Assembly (NCBI RefSeq): GCF_001194135.2
Contig: NC_068985.1
Span: 71,006,526 to 71,055,462, forward strand
Direction: 5' to 3'
DNA from: Octopus bimaculoides
Lineage: Eukaryota
Length of the DNA: 48,937 nucleotides
Shown: piece after piece, positions 48,112-48,937 of the stretch
Numbering within the stretch: position 1 is the stretch's first letter
Layout of the letters: each line of letters opens with the position of its first letter
The notes under the pieces: model-generated
What the model was told of the DNA's origin: nothing
The model's database searches: none
What the model saw: the letters and a program-made list of their open reading frames with translations, nothing else
Program-made: the position numbers and the translations under genes

Positions 48112-48846
48112 TGAAGACGTTAATAATAAAATTAGCGACAGCAGGGAACATATGTACCGAGAATGAGTTCGAAGGGCTACCGTTTCGGAGAGAAATAAAT
48201 AGGAGCAGTTACTAAGGTGATGTCTGGTGGTCGGACACAGTATGTATGATGAAAGAACGAAATTTGTGTCAGTCGGAATGGATGACTGGAGGTGGATGCC
48301 AGGAATTGGCACAGCTTGTTATCTCTGAGGAATAGAGGCCATCGTAGTAGCTTCACATGATATTATTCAAAAACATTTTTCCAATAATTGAAAATTTCGT
48401 TTAACTAATTATTTCTAATATAAACTATAATAAATTTCGAGACAAAAAAAGTTAAAACAATCTACGAGACTAATTTTTCTTTGTAAACAATTCATTTCCC
48501 AAGCGACTGTTATCACATATTCCAACCAAATTAATAAGCTCCGTATTTGAAGAATGTTTACCATCCTCTATCAGCACACACACACACAAATTTAAAAGAC
48601 ATTAATCTTCGTATACTGTCATACAACAAACTGGACAATCGTTCATGAGAGTAACCCCCCTTGATTAGAAGGTGTACTCATACAGACGTGTATTTGTGTG
48701 CGTATGTGTGTCTGTGTGTGTATACATATTACTTACACAAACACGGATACATAGGCACATACGCACAAACGCGCGCGCACATAGGCACACAAACACATAC
48801 ACACACACATATACATATACATATCTATGTGTGTTTGTATATGTAC

Positions 48847-48847
<1 letters not shown>

Positions 48848-48937
<90 letters not shown>
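48848..48937. repeat. (GATA)n microsatellite
   Basis: Directly visible. Confidence 0.98.

Overview
This is eukaryotic, AT-rich, repeat-saturated DNA with 8 assembly gaps (about 3.3 kb of N), most bordered by microsatellites. The SINE families look like those I recall from Octopus genomes, so a cephalopod source is inferred but not verified. No intact host gene, RNA gene or CRISPR array is recognisable, and nearly all long ORFs in the track are microsatellite or N artefacts. Recognisable content is decayed transposons: three R4/Dong-type RLE LINE 3' fragments, three or four RTE/BovB LINE pieces, a possible very old CR1/L2-like LINE, a rearranged Gypsy remnant, a Penelope-like remnant, two internally deleted Tc1/mariner elements, a hAT MITE with an 8-bp TSD, and two tRNA-derived SINE families, some nested with clear TSDs. 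Most interesting: (1) hammerhead ribozyme motifs, namely one complete type-I hammerhead at 15381-15469 (-) and two sequence-unrelated ~240-bp palindromic units with back-to-back hammerhead cores (16315-16565 and 28143-28380, the latter a clean insertion with a 10-bp TSD inside Gypsy gag-pro); (2) a ~34-bp-period degenerate minisatellite built on the CRE palindrome TGACGTCA (38545-39240); (3) an isolated ~125-nt hairpin at 35482-35606.
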